Shown here in pieces: positions 1 through 7,711 of a stretch of DNA of 34,401 nt (position 1 is its first letter; the number at the start of each line of letters is the position of its first letter). Source of the stretch: Candidatus Omnitrophota bacterium (GTDB lineage Bacteria; Omnitrophota; Gorgyraeia; B26-G9); the NCBI GenBank assembly GCA_023136735.1, contig JAGLQQ010000048.1:1-34401 (forward strand), given 5' to 3'. The notes below the pieces were generated by a model. The model made no database searches. It saw only the letters and a program-made list of their open reading frames with translations, and was not told the DNA's origin. A program made the position numbers and the translations under genes.

Positions 1-89
1 CGTTATTCGATTACTCGCTTGTGCGGCGTACGACTAGTACGCCTCCGCGTTCGTTCACGAATGCCTTACATCTGCACATTTTGCAACAG
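1..89 (-). repeat. Intergenic repeat family 2, copy Q (inverted partner at 24062-24167). GC-enriched and contains a GGCGTAC-N5-GTACGCC hairpin. May be truncated by the window edge.
   Basis: rc(19-43)=GGCGTACTAGTCGTACGCCGCACAA versus 24125-24149 GGCGTACTTGTCGTACGCCGCACAA: 24/25 identical, with the single mismatch in the hairpin loop. rc(67-89) matches 24062-24084 with 2 mismatches. rc(1-9)=CGAATAACG equals 24159-24167. Confidence 0.8.
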
Positions 90-248
90 TGCCCTTAAAT
101 AATTCTTTCACCCTTTAAGTGATTATATTTTTTCTCTAAATACTTGCTATTCCTACCTCTGTTTTCCCTTCTATAATTCTATCTAGGAGTTAGAGGCAAA
201 GGGGAATTTCAGAAAAATCGTCTTTTAGCCTAAAATATTCCCTAATAT

Positions 249-398
249 TTTTTAGTTCTTTCTTGTTTAAGTTGAACGAACCTGATGACACCGATTAAGA
301 ATCCGATTACATGAGGCATTCTTAAGTTGCTTTAATAACTTGCAAATCATTAAGTTATAGTAATCTATTCAACTTAAGTTCAGAATGACCCTATTTTT
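249..398 (-). repeat. Intergenic repeat family 1, copy A (direct partner at 29132-29257). Structured element immediately 3' of the GspF/PilC stop codon.
   Basis: The 28-nt core TAATAACTTGCAAATCATTAAGTTATAG (333-360) is identical to 29197-29224. The 46-nt block 315-360 matches 29179-29224 at 42/46. The shared start TTTTTAGTTCTTTCTT is also present. Nested inverted repeats are visible (ATAACTT/AAGTTAT; CATTCT..AGAATG). Confidence 0.8.
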
Positions 399-1652
399 TC
401 ATACACCTAGTGAATTGATAAGCGTAATCAGAGGCAAAAACATCGAGAGCACTATAATTCCGACAACAACTCCCATAAAAATAACAAGTATTGGCTCAAG
501 TAATGAAGTTAAAGCTCCGGCTGTAATCTCTATTTCCTCCTCGTAAGTATCGGCTACCTTTGTAAGCATTTGATCTAGTGCCCCGCTTTCCTCTCCAACC
601 TCGATCATATTGACCATCAATTGGGGGAAGACTTTAGTACTTTCAAGTACTTTTGAAATAAACCCTCCTTCACGAACACTCTCATACACAGAATTAATAG
701 CCTTAACTACTACCTCATTCCCGCTAACCTGCTTTGTCAGTTCCAGTGCCCGTAAAATTGGAACTCCTCCCTCTAAGAGAGTCGCAAGGGTTCTGGCAAA
801 GCGAGAAGCAGTGACTTTCTGGATCAAAAGCCCAAAAACAGGAATATTCAGTATAATTTTGTCATTAAAATAGCGCACAGAATAATTACGCAAAAGCAGT
901 TTATAACTCACAAACATTAAAGCGATTGCGCCAAAAAACAAGTACCAGCGCTCCAGCAAAAAATTACTGAAAACAAGAAGCATCCTGGTTAAAAGCGGCA
1001 ATGCAATACCAGAGTTTTGAAATAATTCCATAAAGCGAGGTATTACAAAAGCAACAACAAATCCTAATATTATGATTGAAACAACCAGAACAAGAGATGG
1101 GTAGATCAAGGCCGCCTTTATGCGCTGCGTAAGTCTTAGATTTCTTTCTAAATAATCAGCCAGTCTCTTAAGGACTCCATCCAGAGCTCCGCCGGTCTCC
1201 CCTGATTTGACCACGTTGATATAGACATGAGAAAAAGAATCCGGATAATGCGCAAGCGCTCCACTAAAAGTCTTGCCTGATTGAATCATATTGATAATAT
1301 CATCAAGCATTATCTTCATCCTTCCAAATCGCGTTTGCTTATTAAGTGTCTGAAGGCCTTTTACAAGCGGCAATCCGGCATTAAGAAGAACCGCAAGCTG
1401 CCGGGTGAACACAACTCTGTCGTCCAGCTTAAATTTAGCAACACCTTGTTTGGGAAAATTTAATTTTTCAATTATGGCAATTAAAATATTGCGGGATGCA
1501 GTTTGTTCATCGACAGCAATAACATGAGAAGGGAATATACCCATTTGGCGTATCTTGCTTAAAGCGTCATTTAGATTAGATGCCTCTATCTGTCCACTTA
1601 AAGCTTTTCCATCTCCATCAATCGCACTATAGTTAAACAATTCTTTTTTCAT
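399..1652 (-). CDS. Type II secretion / type IV pilus platform protein, GspF/PilC family (paralog 1)
   Basis: 417 aa. N-terminal YSAIDGDGKALSGQIEASN..MGIFP. Two T2SSF-like halves: LAVLLNAGLPLVKGL...GETGGALDGVLKRLADYLE and LATLLEGGVPILRAL...VGEESGALDQMLTKVADTYEEE. Hydrophobic TM segments. Paralogous to 27893-29116. Confidence 0.9.
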   Translation of the reverse strand: MKKELFNYSAIDGDGKALSGQIEASNLNDALSKIRQMGIFPSHVIAVDEQTASRNILIAIIEKLNFPKQGVAKFKLDDRVVFTRQLAVLLNAGLPLVKGLQTLNKQTRFGRMKIMLDDIINMIQSGKTFSGALAHYPDSFSHVYINVVKSGETGGALDGVLKRLADYLERNLRLTQRIKAALIYPSLVLVVSIIILGFVVAFVIPRFMELFQNSGIALPLLTRMLLVFSNFLLERWYLFFGAIALMFVSYKLLLRNYSVRYFNDKIILNIPVFGLLIQKVTASRFARTLATLLEGGVPILRALELTKQVSGNEVVVKAINSVYESVREGGFISKVLESTKVFPQLMVNMIEVGEESGALDQMLTKVADTYEEEIEITAGALTSLLEPILVIFMGVVVGIIVLSMFLPLITLINSLGV

Positions 1653-1677
1653 ATCCTGATCTTTTTTTGACCAATTA

Positions 1678-1717
1678 TTGATAATTCTATACGGGCACAG
1701 GCAAGCAGCGCCCCTAC
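1678..1717. repeat. Conserved intergenic box TTGATAATT(C/G)TATA followed by CGGGCACA...GCGCC (partner at 3647-3688)
   Basis: TTGATAATTCTATACGGGCACAGGCAAGCAGCGCCCCTAC here versus TTGATAATTGTATATTCCGGGCACACACAGGAAGCGCCAC at 3647-3688. Both lie upstream (mRNA sense) of pilus genes. Confidence 0.6.
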
Positions 1718-1809
1718 GTTATTGTTATCTGTTTTTTTAACCGCTACTTTTACTTTTTCGTCCCTCGTTCTTCGGTTTTTTTACTAACCGCTAAACGCTA
1801 TTCGCTGTT

Positions 1810-3516
1810 TTAAACATAAGCAGATGTTATTGAAACCAATTCATCTAATGTTATCGTGCCCGCAAAAACCTTAAGTAATCCATCGTCACGTAAAGTACGC
1901 ATTCCGCTTTTTACCGCCTGTTCTCTTAACTGCGAGATAGGCACTTTATCCAAAATAAGCGATCGAATATCTTCATTAAGAATAAGTAATTCAAATATGC
2001 CGGTTCGCCCCTTATAGCCTGAATGATTACAATTCTCACAACCTTTGCCTTTATAAAATTTTTTTCCTTTTTGATCCTCTGCGCTTATCCCCGCATCCCT
2101 CAGAGATTCCTCTTCAGGAATGTACTCATATTTACATTTAGAACAAATACATCTAAGGAGTCTCTGAGCTAATATAGCTTCAATTGCCGAAGCAATCAAA
2201 AAAGGCTCCACGCCCATATCAATAAGCCTGGTAATAACACTAGGAGCATCATTTGTATGTAGAGTAGAAAAGACAAGGTGCCCGGTTAGTGACGCATGAA
2301 TAGCCATCTGCACTGTTTCAGCATCACGAATTTCTCCCACCATAATAATATCTGGATCCTGACGCAAAATATGGCGAAGGGCAACAGCAAAAGTCATATT
2401 TATCTTAGGACGCACAGAAACCTGAACTAGCCCAGACAAGTCAAATTCAACAGGATCCTCTACGGTAATAATTTTTTTCTCTATGGAATTGATCTCACTC
2501 AGCGCAGAATATTGCGTAGTCGTTTTTCCACAACCAGTAGGGCCAGTACTCAAAATTATCCCATAAGGCCTTTTGATCAATTCCCTTATTTTTTCCTTGG
2601 TATCCGGCTCAAATCCTACCTCTTCAAGTGACAACTGCACCGTCTCCTTATCAAGAATTCTGATTACAACACTCTCACCGAATATTGTCGGTAGAGTTGA
2701 TACCCGCAAATCCACCATTCTACCTGCTATTCTAACTAGAGTCCTGCCATCCTGAGGCAGACGTGTTTCCGCAATATTCAGATTAGCCATTATCTTAATA
2801 CGCGAGCTTATAGCAAGATGCAGCGCTTTTGGAGGTGAAATAACATCATAAAGAACTCCATCTAAACGATAACGTATTTTAAAGTCATTCTGAAAAGGTT
2901 CAAAATGAATGTCTGAGGCATTCCTGTTGATTGCCTGGGTAAGAATCATATTAATCAGCTTGATTATAGGCAGCCGGGAAGCCGTCTCTTCTATATTCTC
3001 AAACTGAGAAGCTCCATCAATCAACTCAGGAATATTCCGGCTAATTTCAAAGAAAAGCTCATCTACACTTTCCGCCTCAACTTTATAATATTTTTTTATG
3101 ACTTGTTCAATACTATCATGACTTGCCACTTTTCCCTTTATATTGCAGTTGAACATAAAGCGTAAATCATCAAAGATACTAAAATTAAGAGGAGAATCCG
3201 TAGCAACTGTAAGTGTATTTGCCTGGAAACTAAGCGGCATTATATTATAAAGCCGGGCAATTGAACCTGGGACTTTTTCAATAACCTCATTCGTAATAAC
3301 AAGCCCAGAAAGCTCTACGATTTCCATCTCAGCCTGAATACCTAGGACTTTAAGTAATTGCTCATGAGTAATACACCCCAGGTTGACAAAAATCTGGCCT
3401 AAAGACAGACCACTTGTTTTCTGCTGCTCCAAGCCTTCACTCAGATCCTTAGCGCTGATAAGCCCGCGTTCCTTAAGGATATCACCTATCGGTTTAAATT
3501 GAAATCCGCTTGTCAT
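1810..3516 (-). CDS. GspE/PilB-family secretion ATPase with an MshEN-like N-terminal domain
   Basis: 568 aa. Walker A GPTGCGKTTT. ITVEDPVEF. Walker B DPDIIMVGEIRD. His box TGHLVFSTLHTNDAP. Tetracysteine CSKCK...CENCNHSGYKGRTGIFE. N-terminus has two 24-residue MshEN-like motifs separated by 5 residues. Confidence 0.92.
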   Translation of the reverse strand: MTSGFQFKPIGDILKERGLISAKDLSEGLEQQKTSGLSLGQIFVNLGCITHEQLLKVLGIQAEMEIVELSGLVITNEVIEKVPGSIARLYNIMPLSFQANTLTVATDSPLNFSIFDDLRFMFNCNIKGKVASHDSIEQVIKKYYKVEAESVDELFFEISRNIPELIDGASQFENIEETASRLPIIKLINMILTQAINRNASDIHFEPFQNDFKIRYRLDGVLYDVISPPKALHLAISSRIKIMANLNIAETRLPQDGRTLVRIAGRMVDLRVSTLPTIFGESVVIRILDKETVQLSLEEVGFEPDTKEKIRELIKRPYGIILSTGPTGCGKTTTQYSALSEINSIEKKIITVEDPVEFDLSGLVQVSVRPKINMTFAVALRHILRQDPDIIMVGEIRDAETVQMAIHASLTGHLVFSTLHTNDAPSVITRLIDMGVEPFLIASAIEAILAQRLLRCICSKCKYEYIPEEESLRDAGISAEDQKGKKFYKGKGCENCNHSGYKGRTGIFELLILNEDIRSLILDKVPISQLREQAVKSGMRTLRDDGLLKVFAGTITLDELVSITSAYV

Positions 3517-3646
3517 GTTTTTCCCTAACCAGCTTTCATCTAGTGAAGCTCTATGGGCTCACGCCCATAAAATTCTACAGCAATAATTAAAAAACAGTAT
3601 TGTGTCACCGTGTACCTTACTCAATACTTCTTCTCCTTACTGCTTT

Positions 3647-3688
3647 TTGATAATTGTATATTCCGGGCACACACAGGAAGCGCCACTA
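3647..3688. repeat. Second copy of the TTGATAATT(C/G)TATA - CGGGCACA box
   Basis: See 1678-1717. Confidence 0.6.
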
Positions 3689-3706
3689 CTATAGACTAAT
3701 CTATAG
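3689..3706. promoter_or_regulatory. Palindromic operator-like site CTATAG-ACTAAT-CTATAG
   Basis: The same 6-N6-6 architecture occurs at 20816-20833 upstream of the XRE gene. This copy lies in the pilT / GspE intergenic region, about 170-190 nt upstream of the ATG at 3516. Confidence 0.4.
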
Positions 3707-3795
3707 TTTTCTTATCATCTGTTTTTGCTTTTCATTTTGTCACTCATAATTTGTCATTCGTAATTCATAATTTTTTGGTTACTTTTAACTTGTAT

Positions 3796-4860
3796 TTATC
3801 CCCTTCCGCCTATTTTTGCCTTCATTTGATCCTGATCAAATGCATGCGCAATCGCATCCTCAGGTCTAATCACCCCGTTTGTATATAATTCAAACAAGGA
3901 AGAATCAAATGGCTTCATCCCGAATTTTGCCCCAGTCTGCAAGTCTGATGTAATTCTATAAGTCTTCTTTTCTCTGATAAGATTCTGAATAGACGAAGTA
4001 GATATCATTATTTCAAAAGCTGCCGCACGACCTCGACCTGATGCTTTAGTAATAAGCTGCTGTGAAACAACTGCTAAAATCGAAGTAGACAACTGAGTTC
4101 TGATTTGCTCCTGTTGATTAGGCGGGAATACATCAATAATTCTATCCACAGTACGCGCAGCACTGGTTGTATGCAAAGTAGCCAAAACTAAATGTCCTGT
4201 TTCCGCAGCCAATATCGCTGCCTCTATAGTAGCTAAATCCCTCATTTCTCCGACTAAAATAACATCCGGATTCTGACGCAGCCCCTTAATCAGCGCCTCG
4301 CTGAAACTGGGTACATCCACGCCCAATTCCCTCTGTGTAATAATCCCTTTTTTGTGCGTATGATAATATTCTATAGGATCTTCGATTGTAATAATATGAC
4401 AATCGCGTTCAGTATTAATATAATCAGTCATTGTCGCAAGCGTAGTTGTCTTACCACTACCGGTAGGACCAGTTACTAAAATAAGTCCTCGAGGACGCGA
4501 CAAAAGATCTCTGATAACCTGTGGCAGTCCAATCTCTTCAAAACTTAGCAAATGCCCAGGGATCAATCGCAGAGTCAGGCCGTAGTGGCCTTTTTGTTTA
4601 TAGACAGAAACACGAAAACGAGCTATCTTTTCAAAAGCAAAACCAAAATCAACTCCGCCTACCTCCTGAACCTTCTGTTGATTTTCAGTTCCGGTTATAG
4701 ATTTCATCAATGCTTCTGTATCTTCATGAGTCAGCAAATCATAATTCAATGGCATCAACGCTCCGTCAATTCTTAATGTCGGAGACTTGCCTACGGTCAA
4801 ATGTAAATCCGAAGAATTATGTTTAACGCAAAGCTGTAACAGGTCACTAATATCTATCAT
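3796..4860 (-). CDS. pilT: Type IV pilus retraction ATPase PilT
   Basis: 354 aa, with no N-terminal GspE_N extension. [17 protein letters not shown]. Walker [62 protein letters not shown]. Confidence 0.9.
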   Translation of the reverse strand: MIDISDLLQLCVKHNSSDLHLTVGKSPTLRIDGALMPLNYDLLTHEDTEALMKSITGTENQQKVQEVGGVDFGFAFEKIARFRVSVYKQKGHYGLTLRLIPGHLLSFEEIGLPQVIRDLLSRPRGLILVTGPTGSGKTTTLATMTDYINTERDCHIITIEDPIEYYHTHKKGIITQRELGVDVPSFSEALIKGLRQNPDVILVGEMRDLATIEAAILAAETGHLVLATLHTTSAARTVDRIIDVFPPNQQEQIRTQLSTSILAVVSQQLITKASGRGRAAAFEIMISTSSIQNLIREKKTYRITSDLQTGAKFGMKPFDSSLFELYTNGVIRPEDAIAHAFDQDQMKAKIGGRG

Positions 4861-4880
4861 AATAAATTCCCTCCATATTT

Positions 4881-4943
4881 GGGGTTTAGGGGGTGGGGGG
4901 TGGGGATTAGTTTTATTTTTCCTATTCCCTACACCCTACACCC
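4881..4943 (-). other. GC-rich imperfect stem-loop / G-run and C-run tract between the GspE paralog stop and the pilT start
   Basis: Plus strand GGGGTTTAGGGGGTGGGGGGTGGGG (4881-4905) and CCCTACACCCTACACCC (4927-4943). In mRNA sense, GGGUGUAGGGUGUAGGG can pair at 13 of 17 positions with CCCCACCCCCCACCCCC across a 21-nt loop. Confidence 0.6.
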
Positions 4944-4946
4944 ATG

Positions 4947-6641
4947 TTAATCTATATCACTTTGAGTAACTCTTACTACTTCCTGAAATGTTGTCAACCC
5001 ACTTAGTACTTTTTCCTTAGCATGTTCCTTTAATGTTATCATCCCCTTTTCCCTCGCCGCTTCCCTTATAACTGTATTCGAAACATGTTCATGCGCAAGC
5101 CCTTTTATCTGCTCATCTAATATCAATAATTCGAAAATACCAGTTCTTCCTTTGTATCCTGTAAAGCTGCAATGAGCACATCCCTTTGCCTGATAAAGTT
5201 TATATTCATCAATCTTGTCTGGATCAATTTCTAAAATCTTTACTTCATCCTTAGGAGGTCTATATTCCTGCTTACATTCTGGACACAACAAGCGCACAAG
5301 ACGTTGGGCCAAAACCGCCTGTACAGTAGCCGCTGTAAGGTACGGCTGTATCCCCATATCTATAAGCCTGGTAATTGCGCTAGGAGCGTCATTTGTATGC
5401 AAGGTAGAAAAGATCAAATGCCCTGTAAGAGCAGACTGTACGGAAATTTGCGCTGTTTCCAGATCTCTGATTTCTCCTACCATTATAACATCAGGTGCCT
5501 GGCGCAGCATAGAACGTAAAACCCGAGAGAAAGACAACCCTATTTTTGTTCTTACCTGGACCTGATTAATCCCGTTGATTTGATATTCAACAGGATCCTC
5601 CACAGTTAGTATCTTTTTTTTAGAACGATCGATACTATTTAAAACCGCATATAGCGTTGTACTCTTACCGCTGCCAGTCGGGCCTGTGACCAAGACTATA
5701 CCATTAGGCATATTAGTTACTTTTTTAAAAGATTTTAATTGGCTCTCGGAAAATCCCACTTCCTCAATATTTATTATCCTCCTATCTAAAATACGCAGCA
5801 CCAGACTTTCACCGTAATGTCCCGGCAACGTAGAAACTCTCAGGTCAAACTCCCTATTATTGACAACTGTCCGAATGCGTCCGTCTTGTGGAAGCCTCTT
5901 TTCGGCTATATTCATTCCAGCCATTAATTTTACACGGCTTATTAATGCTGCCTGGAGTCTCTTCTCCGGTGATTGAACAGCAGCCAACAATCCGTCCACC
6001 CGGTAACGAATTCTTAATTTATCATACATTGGTTCAACATGGATATCACTAGCTCGTTTTTGATAAGCATCAGCAATCAGCATGCTGACCAGTTGAATTA
6101 CAGGCGCCTCATCTTCAGGCAAAATATCATCTTGCTCTTGAGGATTATTTACTTGGGTTATTTTTTCTGCTTCAACCGGATAGTATTTATTGAGCAAACC
6201 ATTCATTTGCTTTTTAGTGATTAATTCCCCTTTAACGGTGAAACCAAAAATATCGGAGAAAAATTCCAAAGATAAAAAATTCAGAGGGTTAACAAATCCG
6301 AGGATAAGTTTCTCCCCTTCTAATTTTAAAGGAAAAACATGGAAGCGGTTTGCAAAAAAGGAATTGACAGTTTCCAGCAATTCCGTGCTTTTGGAAAATT
6401 TCATCCCATCAACAAATGACAGGCTCAATTCCTCTATTATCAGATCGCTCAGATTTTCGTTAAATATATCACTTACGTTTTTTAAAATAACTTCTATGCG
6501 CTCTTGTGTACGCTTTTGCGTTAATTTGGCCTGCTGCAATTGTTTAAAATTAACAATTCCTTTAGCCACAAGAAATTCACTAATGAATTTTTGTCTATTA
6601 GGCATTTTTCGATTATTTTGAGCAAGCCTGAACAAGAGCAA
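4947..6641 (-). CDS. GspE/PilB-family secretion ATPase (paralog 2). Start uncertain: alternative ATG at 6605 (MPNRQKF...).
   Basis: 564 aa. GPTGSGKSTT. LTVEDPVEY. APDVIMVGEIRD. TGHLIFSTLHTNDAPSAITRLIDMG. CPECK...CAHCSFTGYKGRTGIFELL. The longest ORF overlaps the tpiA 3' end by 29 nt, and the 6605 start removes that overlap. Confidence 0.9.
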   Translation of the reverse strand: MLLFRLAQNNRKMPNRQKFISEFLVAKGIVNFKQLQQAKLTQKRTQERIEVILKNVSDIFNENLSDLIIEELSLSFVDGMKFSKSTELLETVNSFFANRFHVFPLKLEGEKLILGFVNPLNFLSLEFFSDIFGFTVKGELITKKQMNGLLNKYYPVEAEKITQVNNPQEQDDILPEDEAPVIQLVSMLIADAYQKRASDIHVEPMYDKLRIRYRVDGLLAAVQSPEKRLQAALISRVKLMAGMNIAEKRLPQDGRIRTVVNNREFDLRVSTLPGHYGESLVLRILDRRIINIEEVGFSESQLKSFKKVTNMPNGIVLVTGPTGSGKSTTLYAVLNSIDRSKKKILTVEDPVEYQINGINQVQVRTKIGLSFSRVLRSMLRQAPDVIMVGEIRDLETAQISVQSALTGHLIFSTLHTNDAPSAITRLIDMGIQPYLTAATVQAVLAQRLVRLLCPECKQEYRPPKDEVKILEIDPDKIDEYKLYQAKGCAHCSFTGYKGRTGIFELLILDEQIKGLAHEHVSNTVIREAAREKGMITLKEHAKEKVLSGLTTFQEVVRVTQSDID

Positions 6642-7371
6642 TAAAAGATTCAGCCTTTAAACTGGCTCCTCCTACTAAAGCTCCATCAATATCAGGCTTC
6701 TCCATTAAAATCTTCACATTATCCGGTTTCACACTTCCGCCATACTGAATTCTCAAACCTTCACTTACTTCTTTGCCAAAATTATCCGCAACTATTTTTC
6801 TGATAAAAGCATGAACTTCTTGCGCCTGATCAGGAGTAGCAACCTTTCCTGTTCCAATCGCCCATACAGGTTCATACGCGATGATAATGTTTTTCAGATC
6901 ATCAGCACTAAGGCCTTCAAGCGCACCATGTACATGGTCTGCGATAACATCAAAAGTTTTATTATCTTCCCGCTCATCTAGTCTTTCTCCCACACAAAGT
7001 ATTGGCAGCAACCCTGCCTTTAAAGCTGCTTTTATTTTTTTATTAACATAGTCATTTGTTTCCTTAAAAATACTGCGGCGTTCAGAATGACCGATTATAA
7101 CATATTCGCAATGAGCATCTTTAACCATTAAAGCAGACACTTCCCCGGTAAAAGCTCCTTTTTCCTCCCAGAATAGATTCTGAGCACCTAACTTTATATT
7201 CGAACCTTCTATTGCTTGAGCAACACTACATAAAGCGGTGAATGCAGGACAAACCAGGATGTCAACATCCTTTATATCCTTAAGTTCTATACTAAGATTA
7301 CGCACAAGCTCAAGAGCTTCTGTTATTGTTTTATTCATCTTCCAGTTTCCAGCAATAATTGGTTTACGCAT
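6613..7371 (-). CDS. tpiA: Triosephosphate isomerase
   Basis: MRKPIIAGNWKMNK...IIGHSERR...AYEPVWAIGTGK...YGGSV. Start is set at the internal Met (7371), which has an AAAGGAAAAG RBS. The 14-aa extension in the track ORF covers a GC hairpin. Confidence 0.93.
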   Translation of the reverse strand: MRKPIIAGNWKMNKTITEALELVRNLSIELKDIKDVDILVCPAFTALCSVAQAIEGSNIKLGAQNLFWEEKGAFTGEVSALMVKDAHCEYVIIGHSERRSIFKETNDYVNKKIKAALKAGLLPILCVGERLDEREDNKTFDVIADHVHGALEGLSADDLKNIIIAYEPVWAIGTGKVATPDQAQEVHAFIRKIVADNFGKEVSEGLRIQYGGSVKPDNVKILMEKPDIDGALVGGASLKAESFIALVQACSK

Positions 7372-7496
7372 ATTCTTTTCCTTTCGTTGAGCCCGCCTTG
7401 GCGGGCGAAGCAACCTCGAACAATTGTGAGAGGTCTTATCCAGTTTTTCTTTATATCTCTTATTCTACAACCTTAAAAAATTTCTTTTTGCACACG

Positions 7497-7534
7497 ATCC
7501 CTCCAGCTGCTTCACAGCTGTCCGGGATAAGTTC
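7497..7534. repeat. 38-nt hairpin-forming direct repeat, copy 1
   Basis: ATCCCTCCAGCTGCTTCACAGCTGTCCGGGATAAGTTC. Internal CAGCTG-CTTCA-CAGCTG stem with outer ATCCC/GGGAT arms. 36/38 identical to 7629-7666. Confidence 0.8.
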
Positions 7535-7628
7535 AATGAACACGTAATTTATGGAGTATCAACGAACATAAATTACTCTGTGAATTGATCCCGACCTTGT
7601 CGAGGGATCTTCGATTCCATATTTAATC

Positions 7629-7666
7629 ATCCCTCCATCTGCTTCACAGCTGTTCGGGATAAGTTC
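7629..7666. repeat. 38-nt hairpin-forming direct repeat, copy 2
   Basis: ATCCCTCCATCTGCTTCACAGCTGTTCGGGATAAGTTC, 132 nt downstream of copy 1. A separate hairpin GATCCCGACCTTGTCGAGGGATC lies between the copies (7588-7610). Confidence 0.8.
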
Positions 7667-7711
7667 GTACAAATGATTTGCATCACTATGTTCTGCAAAT
7701 CATGTACTCAC

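Noticed and set aside
1693-1712. Sigma54 (-24/-12) promoters at the GGGCAC...GC boxes (1693-1712, 3665-3685, 24094-24110)
   Set aside because: GG-to-GC spacing is correct in only one of three copies. The motif is on the plus strand, pointing away from all genes. No sigma54 activator is seen in the window.
6190-6621. Plus-strand ORFs in the track (610-873, 5215-5565, 6190-6621, 8338-8973, 9343-9702, 14473-14949, 24072-24413, 28041-28352, 30808-31155 and similar)
   Set aside because: Each lies antisense to a long minus-strand gene with clear family motifs. Their translations are low-complexity (Ser/Leu/Phe/Ile-rich) with no recognisable motifs, and several begin at non-ATG codons. They are typical shadow ORFs of an AT-rich genome.
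7372-7413. The 14-aa N-terminal extension of tpiA in the track ORF (MLRPPRRAQRKEKN)
   Set aside because: The canonical TPI N-terminus MRKPIIAGNWKMN begins at the internal Met, which has its own RBS. The extension merely translates a GC-rich hairpin.
7497-7666. Possible mini-CRISPR array from the two 38-nt repeats
   Set aside because: There are only two copies. The 132-nt period is far longer than CRISPR repeat-plus-spacer units. The intervening sequence has no degenerate repeat, and no cas genes are present in the window.
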